From positions 32,001-96,000 of the forward strand of contig JBMNIH010000003.1 in NCBI GenBank assembly GCA_050950825.1: a stretch of DNA of 64,000 nt, written 5' to 3'. Below, piece by piece: positions 49,248-58,760 of the stretch; the first letter of the stretch is position 1, and each line of letters starts with the position of its first letter. The position numbers were made by a program, and so were the translations under genes. The DNA comes from Clostridia bacterium (GTDB taxonomy: Bacteria > Bacillota > Clostridia > JAAYHZ01). Below the pieces are notes generated by a model. The model had not been told where the DNA came from. It worked only from the letters and a program-made list of their open reading frames with translations, and did no database searches.

Positions 49248-50318
49248 ATGATGAAGAAAAAGCTTATGACTCCTCGAGAAAGAGTGCTGCGTGCGCTGCA
49301 TCGTCAAGAGACGGATATGGTACCCTTTACGATCTACGATACCAAGTGGATTGAAGGGGGTGCGAAAACGGAGCTGATGAAAAGAGGCTTATGTCCCGTA
49401 ATCCGCATCACCTCCTACAAGGTACGTCGTCCCAATGTCACCGTCAAATCTTCTACATACACGGATGAAAACGGAGCCAAGGTAGTGCGAACCGTCTACA
49501 GCACCCCGGTCGGGGACCTTACCTCCTTGGTTCGACCGGCGGGCTTTACCAATTGGACCTTAGAGCATATGTTTAAAACAAAGGAAGACTACAAGGCGCT
49601 TCTTTTCTATGTCCGAGACGCCGTCGTGGAGCCGGATTACGACAATGCCGCCGCTATTTTGAAAAAAGCGGGAGAAGAATACGTGGTAAGAGACCAAATC
49701 CCCTTAGAGCCCTTACAGAACCTTGTATCGACTTACATGGGCACCGTCACCTTTTGCTTGGAGTGGATGGACAACCGCGATGAAATACTAAAGCTGTACG
49801 CCGCTTTTGTCGAACACGCCCGAAAAATCTATCCTCTTGTTGCGGAGGGTCCTTTGTCCTTTGCCAATTACGGCGGGAACGTGGTGCCTCAAATTTGGGG
49901 CGTTGAAAACTTCGAACGATATTTTGTTCCTCACTACAACGAAGCGGCCGAAATACTCCACAAAAAAGGAAAGCTTTTGGGAACCCACCTGGATGCGGAC
50001 AACACCATAATCATGGAGTCCGTCGCCGGCACCGGTTTGGACTATATCGAAGCCTACGATGCGGGAATCGGTCCGTCCGTAAAGGAAGCAAGAAAATACT
50101 GGCCGGATAAGGTGCTGTGGCTCAATTGGCCTTCCGCTTGGCACCTTGAGCCGATAAACAAAATCAAGGATTTGACAAAAGGGCTGATCGAAGAAGCATA
50201 TCCCGGTGACGGCTTGATTATCGGGATTACCGAAGACGTTCCTAAGGATCGAATCGTTCCTAACATGTTTGAAATCATGAAGGGAATCGAGGAAATGGGT
50301 CCCGTGAAAACCGAATAA
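49248..50318 (+). CDS. Uroporphyrinogen decarboxylase/MtaA-CmuA-family protein
   Basis: MTPRERVLRAL....D.VPF, FERYFVPHY, THLDA, TEDVP. Start at ATG 49248 with GAGG. Confidence 0.75.
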   Translation: MMKKKLMTPRERVLRALHRQETDMVPFTIYDTKWIEGGAKTELMKRGLCPVIRITSYKVRRPNVTVKSSTYTDENGAKVVRTVYSTPVGDLTSLVRPAGFTNWTLEHMFKTKEDYKALLFYVRDAVVEPDYDNAAAILKKAGEEYVVRDQIPLEPLQNLVSTYMGTVTFCLEWMDNRDEILKLYAAFVEHARKIYPLVAEGPLSFANYGGNVVPQIWGVENFERYFVPHYNEAAEILHKKGKLLGTHLDADNTIIMESVAGTGLDYIEAYDAGIGPSVKEARKYWPDKVLWLNWPSAWHLEPINKIKDLTKGLIEEAYPGDGLIIGITEDVPKDRIVPNMFEIMKGIEEMGPVKTE

Positions 50319-50425
50319 GCATTTTTTTCTCAAACGGACATCCGGTGCAAGGATTTGGTCCGTTTTTGTGATTTACAGGTATACTCTTTTTAAGTTATTC
50401 TGATTGTAAAGGCGGTGATGATCAA

Positions 50426-52087
50426 GTGACGGATGAAAAGGACGTAAAAATGATGGGATTAATCGGCTTTAATGCCGATGCCGAAAGCGATGAGGAAAAA
50501 GAAGCGTATCTCGGGGACCGGCCGAATGACGTAATCCGTGTAAAATCAACGGATTTTATAGGGGTTCCTTTGACGCTGCCGGACGGAAGGGTGATGCTGT
50601 GGAATACGGTAAAAGAGGAAGACCGCTGGACGGCACAAGCCGTCGTATCTTCCGATAACGGCATATCATGGTCGAAGCCTTTCGAATTGTTTACATTCCC
50701 CGAAAGAAAAGACTGCCAATGGTACGGAGGAGCCGCCCTTGCGGATGACAAAGGCTATATTCATCTTTTCGGACTTGAGTACTATTCCTTCAGCTTTGAA
50801 AAAAGGCATACATCCAAATCCCTCTTGTACCATGTAATGTCCCAAGACGGGGGAAATACGTGGCTTCCGATAAAGAACCCGGACTTTGGCTACAGCTACA
50901 CCGGATCCTCCAATAACGCGTTTCAATCGAATACGGGAAGAATCTTTGCCCCCATAAGCGCGTTATCGGACAGAAAAATCGGCGTATGGGTCAGCCTGTG
51001 CCCCTATTCCGACGATAACGGCCTTACATGGAACAAGCCTGTCAATGAGGTTGCCATCAACACCGGAGCCGCCGATTGGTATGAAAGCGGTGCCGCCGAA
51101 CCCGTGGGAATACAGTTAAAAGACGGCAGGATATGGCTTTTGCCCCGCTCCCAAGACGGCTTTCATTGGGAAACCTATTCTTACGACGACGGCATTACTT
51201 GGACAAAGCCGAAGCATACGCGATTTATTAGCAACCAATCGGCCATGGCCATAACAAGACTTAAGGACCGGTCCCTCCTCCTTATATGGAACAACTGCGG
51301 AGCCGACGGTTTAGGTCCCATCCATTGGGGTGCCGCCGAAAGGGCGGTTGCCGCTGCCGCCATATCCTTCGACGAAGGGAAGACGTGGAAAGGGTATCGA
51401 GAAATCGGACGGGTCATATCCAATTCGGAAATCGGCTATCCTTATGTGACGGAAATGCCCAACGGAAGAGTATTGGTGAAAATCGGGAAAATGCTCGTGG
51501 ATGTGGATCCGAAGTTTCTTCTACGAACTCGGTTTGACGAAGATTTCCGATACGGGTTAAGGCGGTGGTCCACCTTAGCCGCACATGGACCGACAATCGA
51601 TTACGATCCTTTTGACAAGACGAGAAAAGTAATGAAGGTTGTAAAGCCGAAAAGCGATGTCCCTTCCGGAGCATGTATCAACTTCCCTTACGGGGAAAAA
51701 GGCTCGTTGGCCTTTGAAATTATGATCAACGAAGGCTTCCAAGGCGCTCACTTTACCCTTTCGGACCATTTTGACCTTCCCGGCTTGGAAAGAGAAGGCA
51801 GCTTTCCCGTTGTCATCGATAAAAAAGGCAGGGTTCATCTAAACGGAAGCGGAGGAAGCCTGCTTCCTACCCCCGGCGACCTTACCTTCAATCAATGGCA
51901 TACGTTGTCCGTTCGTTGGGATTGCAGGGAGCATGAAGCGGAATTGTATTTGGACGACGAAGAAATCGGAAGGCTTCATCAATATGTTTGTACGGAAGGC
52001 CTCTGCTATTTCCGAACCCGTTTATTATCAAAAGACACAGACCTGTCGGGCTTTTTCATAAGATCCTTGACGGCCGAAACAGAGTAG
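50426..52087 (+). CDS. BNR/Asp-box sialidase-like protein with a C-terminal concanavalin-like domain
   Basis: SSDNGISW, SQDGGNTW, SDDNGLTW, SYDDGITW, SFDEGKTW; AEP; GYP; C-terminal NQWHTL.V.W...LYLD. Confidence 0.82.
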   Translation: MTDEKDVKMMGLIGFNADAESDEEKEAYLGDRPNDVIRVKSTDFIGVPLTLPDGRVMLWNTVKEEDRWTAQAVVSSDNGISWSKPFELFTFPERKDCQWYGGAALADDKGYIHLFGLEYYSFSFEKRHTSKSLLYHVMSQDGGNTWLPIKNPDFGYSYTGSSNNAFQSNTGRIFAPISALSDRKIGVWVSLCPYSDDNGLTWNKPVNEVAINTGAADWYESGAAEPVGIQLKDGRIWLLPRSQDGFHWETYSYDDGITWTKPKHTRFISNQSAMAITRLKDRSLLLIWNNCGADGLGPIHWGAAERAVAAAAISFDEGKTWKGYREIGRVISNSEIGYPYVTEMPNGRVLVKIGKMLVDVDPKFLLRTRFDEDFRYGLRRWSTLAAHGPTIDYDPFDKTRKVMKVVKPKSDVPSGACINFPYGEKGSLAFEIMINEGFQGAHFTLSDHFDLPGLEREGSFPVVIDKKGRVHLNGSGGSLLPTPGDLTFNQWHTLSVRWDCREHEAELYLDDEEIGRLHQYVCTEGLCYFRTRLLSKDTDLSGFFIRSLTAETE

Positions 52088-52108
52088 TTATAAAAAGAAA
52101 GCCGGTGC

Positions 52109-52140
52109 AAAGCCTTCGGAACCTATCCGAAGGCTTTTTT
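52109..52140 (+). terminator. Intrinsic terminator
   Basis: AAAGCCTTCGGA/TCCGAAGGCTTT followed by a T tract. Confidence 0.8.
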
Positions 52141-52276
52141 ATCTGCCGGTTGTCGAATAGTTATCTTCCTTTCATGTTCATGTTATGGTAATATTATGTA
52201 CAAAGGGAATCATCATACATGAACATCCGTATCCACTGAACACGTAAAAAATACAACATGCAAGGAGGAAATTCAT

Positions 52277-52354
52277 ATGCTGTATTTTATATTGTTTCTT
52301 CTGCTTCTACCGTTGTTTATACTCTTCGAGTCGGCAAAAAGAACGAAAAAGTAA
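52277..52354 (+). CDS. 25-aa hydrophobic small protein
   Basis: AAGGAGG-N8-ATG; MLYFILFLLLLPLFILFESAKRTKK*. Below the ORF-track length cutoff. Confidence 0.6.
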   Translation: MLYFILFLLLLPLFILFESAKRTKK

Positions 52355-52495
52355 TCATAGATTTGCTTCTTGTGTTTTTTGTCGCTATTGACCTGCAAAG
52401 TATGATATGATATATCTATATATGTATATTTTTTCATTTTTAATCATATTTTGTGGGTTGTGTTTTATCGTTTACCCAACAAAGGAGCATATACG

Positions 52496-54253
52496 ATGTC
52501 GTACATACGTCTTTTTAATTGTAATGAAGGGAAAGAATATTCATATAATGAAGCATTAGGCATAGAATTCGTTTACACAAACATAAAGCAAAACGCACAA
52601 ATCTATTTTGGAATCACGCCTCTTATAGATCGGAGCATAACCGTTGATCTTTCCGATCCCGACTTTATAGCTAAAGACGATGAAGGTTCTCTTGTTATCG
52701 TACTGTTTCAGCAGCCTTTGGATATGAATGTTCTTTCGAAAGGGGTTTATTATCTCGACAAACTGAACTTGGATCCGTCTATCGATAAGAAGAAGACTAA
52801 GGTTCTCTGCATATCTCATATTTTTCAGCCTTTTGATGTGTATACGGCATCCTTATTAAATCGTAACATCCGATTGGTACGTTTTACTCTCTACTCCGAT
52901 AACCTGCTTTTATTCGAACAAGTTTATCCGAATCAACATTATCAAGCTCTGCATGAAATACTTGATCTTAAAGACACGGCAAATTGGACGGCTCAAACAA
53001 AGACTTCTGCGAATGCACCGAATACGGCCCTTCGAGTCGCAAGAAAAAAAACCAATCTATGCGGCATCGGGCATTGTACGATAAAAAATAACCGCCATTA
53101 TGTCGTATTTCCGAATCATCAAGCCGTCGAAATATTGGACTTGCCGGAATACTTCTATTTGGCGGAAGGCCAATTTGTGTTGGTTGACGAATACGGTTCT
53201 TTTAAGTATGCATACAACTACATATGGGAAGATAATGCCCTCAACCATATTATAGGCAGCTTTGCCGTAGTAAAAATCCAAGACAACAAAACATATATCG
53301 ATAAAGGCAACGGTGTCATGCATCCATTAATGAAGGATACTCCGATTGAAATAAAGGATAAATCCATCGTATCCGTAGATAAAAACAACCGCTTCATCCG
53401 ATATTACAAACCCCTCAAACGCATTGCGGACAGCTTCATGAAATCGGTAAAAACAAAAGGGCACCAAATGGTGTTTGTTACGGATATCAATAACGAAGGG
53501 GTTTATATAAGAGACGTGGAAACGGGAAAAGAATACATAAAAAACATCGACCGGCAAAACCAAAAATGCAAAAAGTATTCCGTTTTATGTTTAAACCAAG
53601 ACAAAATCGTAACGGCATTTGCATCGAAAAACTTCTATACCCACTCCTCGTATTATAACCGGATTCGATACGGTATCGTTGACAAGGAAGAAGAGGCCGT
53701 GTATGTTAAAACATTAGACGGTGAACGAATACGGATAGACAAACCTTCGGATTCTTTGGAAAACGGACAAATCGTATGTGTTGACGAGTTCAGTCAAATT
53801 ATACGGTGTATCGAGCATCCCGAAGAAGAGAGCGGATTTATCAATGCACAAAAAAATACCGGTGAAAAAAACGACGATAAGAAAGATACGGAAGACGATA
53901 AAAACCGGGAAGAGGATAAACCGCAGAAGATTGAGATCATAGGAACGGCTTTGGTTTTAGGAAACAATAGCTTTGCAAATTCCTATAAGCTAAGTTTATT
54001 AAAATGCGGCTACTTGGCTCGTGTTTTGGAAGGATACGAGCCTTGGGCCAAAATCAAAGCATTAATGAAAGGAGTTGACATCATTGTCGTTGTCACCTCC
54101 CACGTATCTCATGAAAACATGTACAGAATAAAGAAAGAAGTGACGGACATACCGGTCATCTATTCCGAATTTGACGGCGCAAACCGTATACAGCTGCTGA
54201 TCTCCGAACGGCTTTCCTCTTCACCCGTTGAAGAGGAGCAAGAAGCGTTATAA
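52496..54253 (+). CDS. Multi-domain protein: degenerate NucS-like N-terminus, four beta-rich repeats, C-terminal DUF2325
   Basis: RBS AAGGAG; PDFIAKDDEGSLVIV and VLCISH.F..FD......NRNIRLVRF; C-terminal LVLG...DIIVVVTSHVSHENMY.IKK....IPVIYS...G. Confidence 0.65.
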   Translation: MSYIRLFNCNEGKEYSYNEALGIEFVYTNIKQNAQIYFGITPLIDRSITVDLSDPDFIAKDDEGSLVIVLFQQPLDMNVLSKGVYYLDKLNLDPSIDKKKTKVLCISHIFQPFDVYTASLLNRNIRLVRFTLYSDNLLLFEQVYPNQHYQALHEILDLKDTANWTAQTKTSANAPNTALRVARKKTNLCGIGHCTIKNNRHYVVFPNHQAVEILDLPEYFYLAEGQFVLVDEYGSFKYAYNYIWEDNALNHIIGSFAVVKIQDNKTYIDKGNGVMHPLMKDTPIEIKDKSIVSVDKNNRFIRYYKPLKRIADSFMKSVKTKGHQMVFVTDINNEGVYIRDVETGKEYIKNIDRQNQKCKKYSVLCLNQDKIVTAFASKNFYTHSSYYNRIRYGIVDKEEEAVYVKTLDGERIRIDKPSDSLENGQIVCVDEFSQIIRCIEHPEEESGFINAQKNTGEKNDDKKDTEDDKNREEDKPQKIEIIGTALVLGNNSFANSYKLSLLKCGYLARVLEGYEPWAKIKALMKGVDIIVVVTSHVSHENMYRIKKEVTDIPVIYSEFDGANRIQLLISERLSSSPVEEEQEAL

Positions 54254-54429
54254 CGTTCATCAAGCCTTATCTCTTTTTTCGTAATTTGGCACGGTCTTTT
54301 CCCGATTATCGTATTCTTTTTCCGGGATTATAGTATAATCGTAGTGTGAGGGTTCCTCGGCAAGCTTTCGAATAAAAAAGCTTGTCGAAAGATTATCTTT
54401 TTTATCAGTTGCTTTTAAGGAGGTCCGTT

Positions 54430-55278
54430 ATGATACCTACTGTTGATTTTTACGGTCATAAAATCACCCGCCTGATGATAGGCAGTAATCCTTTTACCGG
54501 CCATTCCTATATCGAATCGAAGCATAGCGGTGAAGAAATGATGGATTACTATACCGCGGAAAATTGCGTTCGAACCTTGTTTGAAGCCGAAAGCTTAGGC
54601 ATTAATACCTTTATGACTTCGGCAGATCCGTTTATCTTCCGCGTTATTCGGCAATACAAGAACGAAGGCGGTAAAATGAACATCATGTTCCAGTCCTACC
54701 CGGCGATGGATTTAGCGGTGAATCTGCGAATGATGTTAAAGTGCGAGCCTGTAGCCATATACCACCAAGGAACAAACACGGATTATTTATTTGAACAAGG
54801 GCAGATTGACACCATACGCCAAAATATCAAAACCATTAAAAGCTCCGGCGTTATTACGGGATTAGGTACCCACGTACCGGAAACGCTATTGCAAGCGGAA
54901 GAAGAGGATTGGGGCGCCGACTTTTACAGCGCCTGCTTGTACAACGCCAGAAGACAAAACCGCGGCGAGCAAAGCGGCTTTATAACCGGCAAGACCAAAG
55001 CCCACCTTGTTTTTTATCCGGAGGACCGTTTCATTATGTTTGATGCCATCAAAAAGGTTTCCAAACCGGTTATCGCTTTTAAAACCTTTGCCGGAGGTCA
55101 AATCTTTTTAGGAAAAGCACCGGAAGAAATCCCGGCCATAGCGGAGCAGTACCTAAAAGAAACGTATGAGAATATAAAGCCTATCGATATGGTCATGATC
55201 GGTGTATTCCAGAAATATAAAAACGAATTGAAAGAAAACGTAGAAATCGCAAAGAAAATTTTCAGCGAAATAAAATGA
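54430..55278 (+). CDS. Aldo/keto-reductase-fold hypothetical protein
   Basis: PTVDFYGHKITRLMIGSNP, YHQG, GLGTH, IAFKTFAGG. RBS AAGGAGG. Confidence 0.65.
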   Translation: MIPTVDFYGHKITRLMIGSNPFTGHSYIESKHSGEEMMDYYTAENCVRTLFEAESLGINTFMTSADPFIFRVIRQYKNEGGKMNIMFQSYPAMDLAVNLRMMLKCEPVAIYHQGTNTDYLFEQGQIDTIRQNIKTIKSSGVITGLGTHVPETLLQAEEEDWGADFYSACLYNARRQNRGEQSGFITGKTKAHLVFYPEDRFIMFDAIKKVSKPVIAFKTFAGGQIFLGKAPEEIPAIAEQYLKETYENIKPIDMVMIGVFQKYKNELKENVEIAKKIFSEIK

Positions 55279-55294
55279 CAACGAGGTAGATAGA

Positions 55295-57937
55295 ATGGAC
55301 TCCCAATTCAAAACGGCGATTTACAACAATAGGAATTACCCCATCGAAGAACGTGTACAAGATCTGCTTTCGAAAATGACCTTGGAAGAAAAGGTCCGCC
55401 AAATGGACATGTACCAAGGCTCCATGTTCGTTAACAAAATGTCTTCCATCAGCCGAACCGCAGCCGGTCCCGACACGAAATTCGTAAAAGAAAAAGCCGC
55501 CGCCGTAAGCAATGGAATCGGCGTAGGATGCATTCACGACCTTTACCCCATAGACTCGGACCTGTCCAACACCATACAGGAATTTGTAATCAATGACTCT
55601 CGTTTAGGGATACCTGTTCTCTTTTCCGAGGAAGCCTTGCACGGATTAAGCAGCCCCGGGAACACCATATTCCCGCAAGCCATCTGTATGGCTTCTACCT
55701 GGAATGAAGATTTGGTTTTCCAAACTGCAAGAGCCATCGCTTCCGAAACCCGCTCCAAAGGAATTCATCTGGTTTTTAATCCGGTATTGGAAATCGCCAG
55801 AGATCCCCGCTGGGGACGTACGGAAGAAACCTACGGAGAAGATACATGCCTTGCATCGAGATTGGCTTACTCCATGGTAAGGGGGCTTCAAGGAGATTCC
55901 TTATCCTCCCATGATTCCGTTGTATCCGAAGTGAAGCATTTTGCCGTTCACTCCATACCCAACGGCGGATTGAACTGCATGAGCTGTTCCGTAGGAGAGC
56001 GGATGATCCGTTCCGACTTTTTACCTGTTTTCAAATCCGCCATCGTAGACGGCAAAGCCATGTCGGTGATGTGCGCATACCATTCCATCGACGGAATCCC
56101 TTGCGCCGCCTCCAAATGGCTCTTAACGGATGTATTAAGAGGCGAATGGGGCTTTCAAGGCTTCGTCTGCTCGGATTTAGGCGCCATCAAGCGGCTTCAT
56201 ACCATTCACCATGTTGCCGATTCCTTCGAGGACGCCATCCGGCAAGCGGTGGAAGCCGGCGTGGATATGCAGTTTTTCGACTTTGACAATGACTTTTTCC
56301 AAAACGCTTTAATTTCTTTGGTAAAAAGCGGCGCTTTGTCCGAAGCGGCTATTAACCGTGCCGTTTCCTCCATCTTAAGAGTGAAGTTCATGTTAGGGCT
56401 GTTCGATAATCCGTATGTCGATACGAGCCTTTCGAAAAAAGTAACCAGATCGAAAAAGCATTTGGATACTAGCTTGGAGGTGGCAAGGCAAGGAATCTGC
56501 CTTTTGAAAAACGAAAACGGTCTTCTTCCCCTTTCGAAAGAATTAACGAAAATTGCCGTTATCGGGCCGAATGCGGACCGTTTGCCCTTAGGAGACTACA
56601 CGCCTCCCGTTTACGGCTTTAAAGAAGTCACCTTGTTAGAAGGTATCAAGAGCATCGTTAAGGACCCCGAGTCGGTAATCTATGAAAAAGGATGCTCCAT
56701 TCGAGAAATCGACATGGATCCTGTAAACGGAAAATACTTCATGACACCGGACGGATCCATGCAAGGCTTGAAAGGCGAATACTTCAACGATATATCCATG
56801 GAAAAGAATCCGGACGTAACAAGAATCGATCCGGCCGTCGACTTTAACTTTATCATGCAGATACCCGGAGACGGCATCAACAGCGACGAGTTTGCCGTAA
56901 GATGGTCGGGATACCTTGTTCCCGAGATATCCGGAACCGCTTCTGTAGGCTTCATATCCCAAGACAGCTATCGGGTATTTATCGAGGGAAAATGTGTTTT
57001 GGATTCTTGGAAGCCGGGCTCGGAAAAAACCCTTGCCGAATACGAGTTTGAGAAGAATAAAAAATATCCGATTGTTATCGAGTATAAAAAGCATAAGGGC
57101 GGCGGAAGAGCGGCCAAGCTGTGCTGGAGCTTTGATGAGGACGATATAAATAAAGCGGTAGAAGCCGCAAAAAATGCCGATGTGGCCATTGTGGCGTTAG
57201 GGGAATCAAGAGATTTATGCGGTGAATCAAGAGATCGCTCGGATCTCAGTCTCACCGGAAGACAAGAAGAATTGCTCATGAAGATATATGAAACGGGAAC
57301 TCCCGTGGTAGCCGTTCTGTTCAACGGAAGGCCGTTGACCGTAAGCCGGGTACAAAAGCATATACCGGCAATTATTGAAGCGTGGTTCCCGGGAGATCGA
57401 GGCGGTATTGCCATTGCCGAGATCCTTTTCGGATTATGCAACCCGTCCGGCAAGCTACCCATCTCCTTCCCCAAAAATGTAGGCCAGCTCCCTATTTACT
57501 ACAACCGACCGGAGGCCGGCAAAAGACGCTATGTGGATTCCGATTCTTTACCCTTGTATGCCTTCGGAGACGGATTGAGCTATTCCACATTTGTTTACAA
57601 TAACTTAAAGCTTTCAAAAGAAACCATGTCACCGGACGAAGAAGTGACCGTATCGGTAGATATAACAAACGCAAGCGAAAGAGACGGATACGAAACCGTC
57701 ATGCTGTTTATTACCGATGTATTCTCCAGCGTCGTGACTCCGGACATCGCCCTCAAGGATTTCAAAAAGGTGTTTATAAAAGGAGAAGAAACGATAACGG
57801 TAAGCTTCCAAGTAGGCTTTGACCATCTTAAGCTTCTGAATCGGAGCATGACCGAAACCATAGAAAAAGGAACCTTTGAAATCCATGTAGGAGGAAACCT
57901 GAAGAATACATTGAAAAAAGAATTGAATGTCATATAG
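55295..57937 (+). CDS. GH3 beta-glycosidase with PA14 insertion and Fn3-like domain
   Basis: MTLEEKV, EALHG, FPQAI, RDPRWGRTEETYGED, KHF, LRGEWGFQGFVCSD, LLKN, PA14 (GLKGEYF, FAVRWSG), GESRDR, PSGKLP. Confidence 0.95.
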   Translation: MDSQFKTAIYNNRNYPIEERVQDLLSKMTLEEKVRQMDMYQGSMFVNKMSSISRTAAGPDTKFVKEKAAAVSNGIGVGCIHDLYPIDSDLSNTIQEFVINDSRLGIPVLFSEEALHGLSSPGNTIFPQAICMASTWNEDLVFQTARAIASETRSKGIHLVFNPVLEIARDPRWGRTEETYGEDTCLASRLAYSMVRGLQGDSLSSHDSVVSEVKHFAVHSIPNGGLNCMSCSVGERMIRSDFLPVFKSAIVDGKAMSVMCAYHSIDGIPCAASKWLLTDVLRGEWGFQGFVCSDLGAIKRLHTIHHVADSFEDAIRQAVEAGVDMQFFDFDNDFFQNALISLVKSGALSEAAINRAVSSILRVKFMLGLFDNPYVDTSLSKKVTRSKKHLDTSLEVARQGICLLKNENGLLPLSKELTKIAVIGPNADRLPLGDYTPPVYGFKEVTLLEGIKSIVKDPESVIYEKGCSIREIDMDPVNGKYFMTPDGSMQGLKGEYFNDISMEKNPDVTRIDPAVDFNFIMQIPGDGINSDEFAVRWSGYLVPEISGTASVGFISQDSYRVFIEGKCVLDSWKPGSEKTLAEYEFEKNKKYPIVIEYKKHKGGGRAAKLCWSFDEDDINKAVEAAKNADVAIVALGESRDLCGESRDRSDLSLTGRQEELLMKIYETGTPVVAVLFNGRPLTVSRVQKHIPAIIEAWFPGDRGGIAIAEILFGLCNPSGKLPISFPKNVGQLPIYYNRPEAGKRRYVDSDSLPLYAFGDGLSYSTFVYNNLKLSKETMSPDEEVTVSVDITNASERDGYETVMLFITDVFSSVVTPDIALKDFKKVFIKGEETITVSFQVGFDHLKLLNRSMTETIEKGTFEIHVGGNLKNTLKKELNVI

Positions 57938-57965
57938 TCTTTAGGATCAATAACTTGAAAACCTT

Positions 57966-57996
57966 GAAACCCTACATCTTGTAGGGTTTCTTTTTT
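57966..57996 (+). terminator. Intrinsic terminator
   Basis: GAAACCCTACA-TCT-TGTAGGGTTTC followed by T6. Confidence 0.8.
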
Positions 57997-58259
57997 CTAT
58001 AGAATGCAGAGGATTCCTGAGAATTCTTGCGTTTTACTGTAATATTTTTACCTAACCGGTAACCTCTTATTTGCCGTGGTCAGCCGGATTCGATATAATG
58101 AATTTATCCATGAGGTTAAGAGAGTTCACCGATAAGATTGAAATTGTTGTTTTTTAGGTCGTTTTCTTGTCGTTACTGTTATTCATCCTTGTCAGAACCA
58201 CGATGGGTATTTTTTCTACTATATATTATGTGATAAAAAACACCGGAGGAGGTTTTTTA

Positions 58260-58637
58260 ATGTACGCGGAGAATTTTAAGCAGGTCGGTGAAAATATTCG
58301 GCAGGCATTGAAAAATCGAGGAATGACGCGGCAGCAGCTTGCCGATCGTTTGGGTATTTCCGAACAAGCCGTGAACAGAATCATCAACGGAAAGAAAGCA
58401 ATTAACATCATGGAGCTTTCGCAGGTTGCTTCAATCCTAGACATTTCACCGGACGAACTCCTATCCGTTAAAAATCCGATTCAAATGGAAAATAAAAAAC
58501 AATTGTTTACGGATGAATTAAAAAATGAAGAAGTCCATCGTAATATTGACTTTCTTCGAAACGTAATAGATCAAATCCGAATATTGGAGGATCTGATTCA
58601 TGAGCAAGATCAAGAATCGGATAATCCCATGGATTAA
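58260..58637 (+). CDS. XRE-family HTH regulator
   Basis: VGENIRQAL..RGMTRQQLADRLGISEQAVNRIINGKK. RBS GGAGGAGG. Confidence 0.88.
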   Translation: MYAENFKQVGENIRQALKNRGMTRQQLADRLGISEQAVNRIINGKKAINIMELSQVASILDISPDELLSVKNPIQMENKKQLFTDELKNEEVHRNIDFLRNVIDQIRILEDLIHEQDQESDNPMD

Positions 58638-58682
58638 GCTTTGAAATTTTGTCTTGTACCAAAAAGGGTCCGCTTTGATTTT

Positions 58683-58760
58683 TCCTTTTATCATGCAATA
58701 TATTGCGTATGAAGTTCCCTATCTTGAATTTATTACCGCCGTGGCTGTTTAAGCAGTAAG
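58683..58760 (-). pseudogene. About 80-bp remnant of a creatininase-family gene
   Basis: Close nucleotide match to 62288-62365 (NSHGGNKF.IGNFIR...HDK). Confidence 0.8.

Noticed and set aside
20000-58000. Apparent abundance of CCGG and higher GC in the central region as an HGT or methylation signal
   Set aside because: This is an impression only and could reflect codon usage. It needs k-mer counts that I cannot run.
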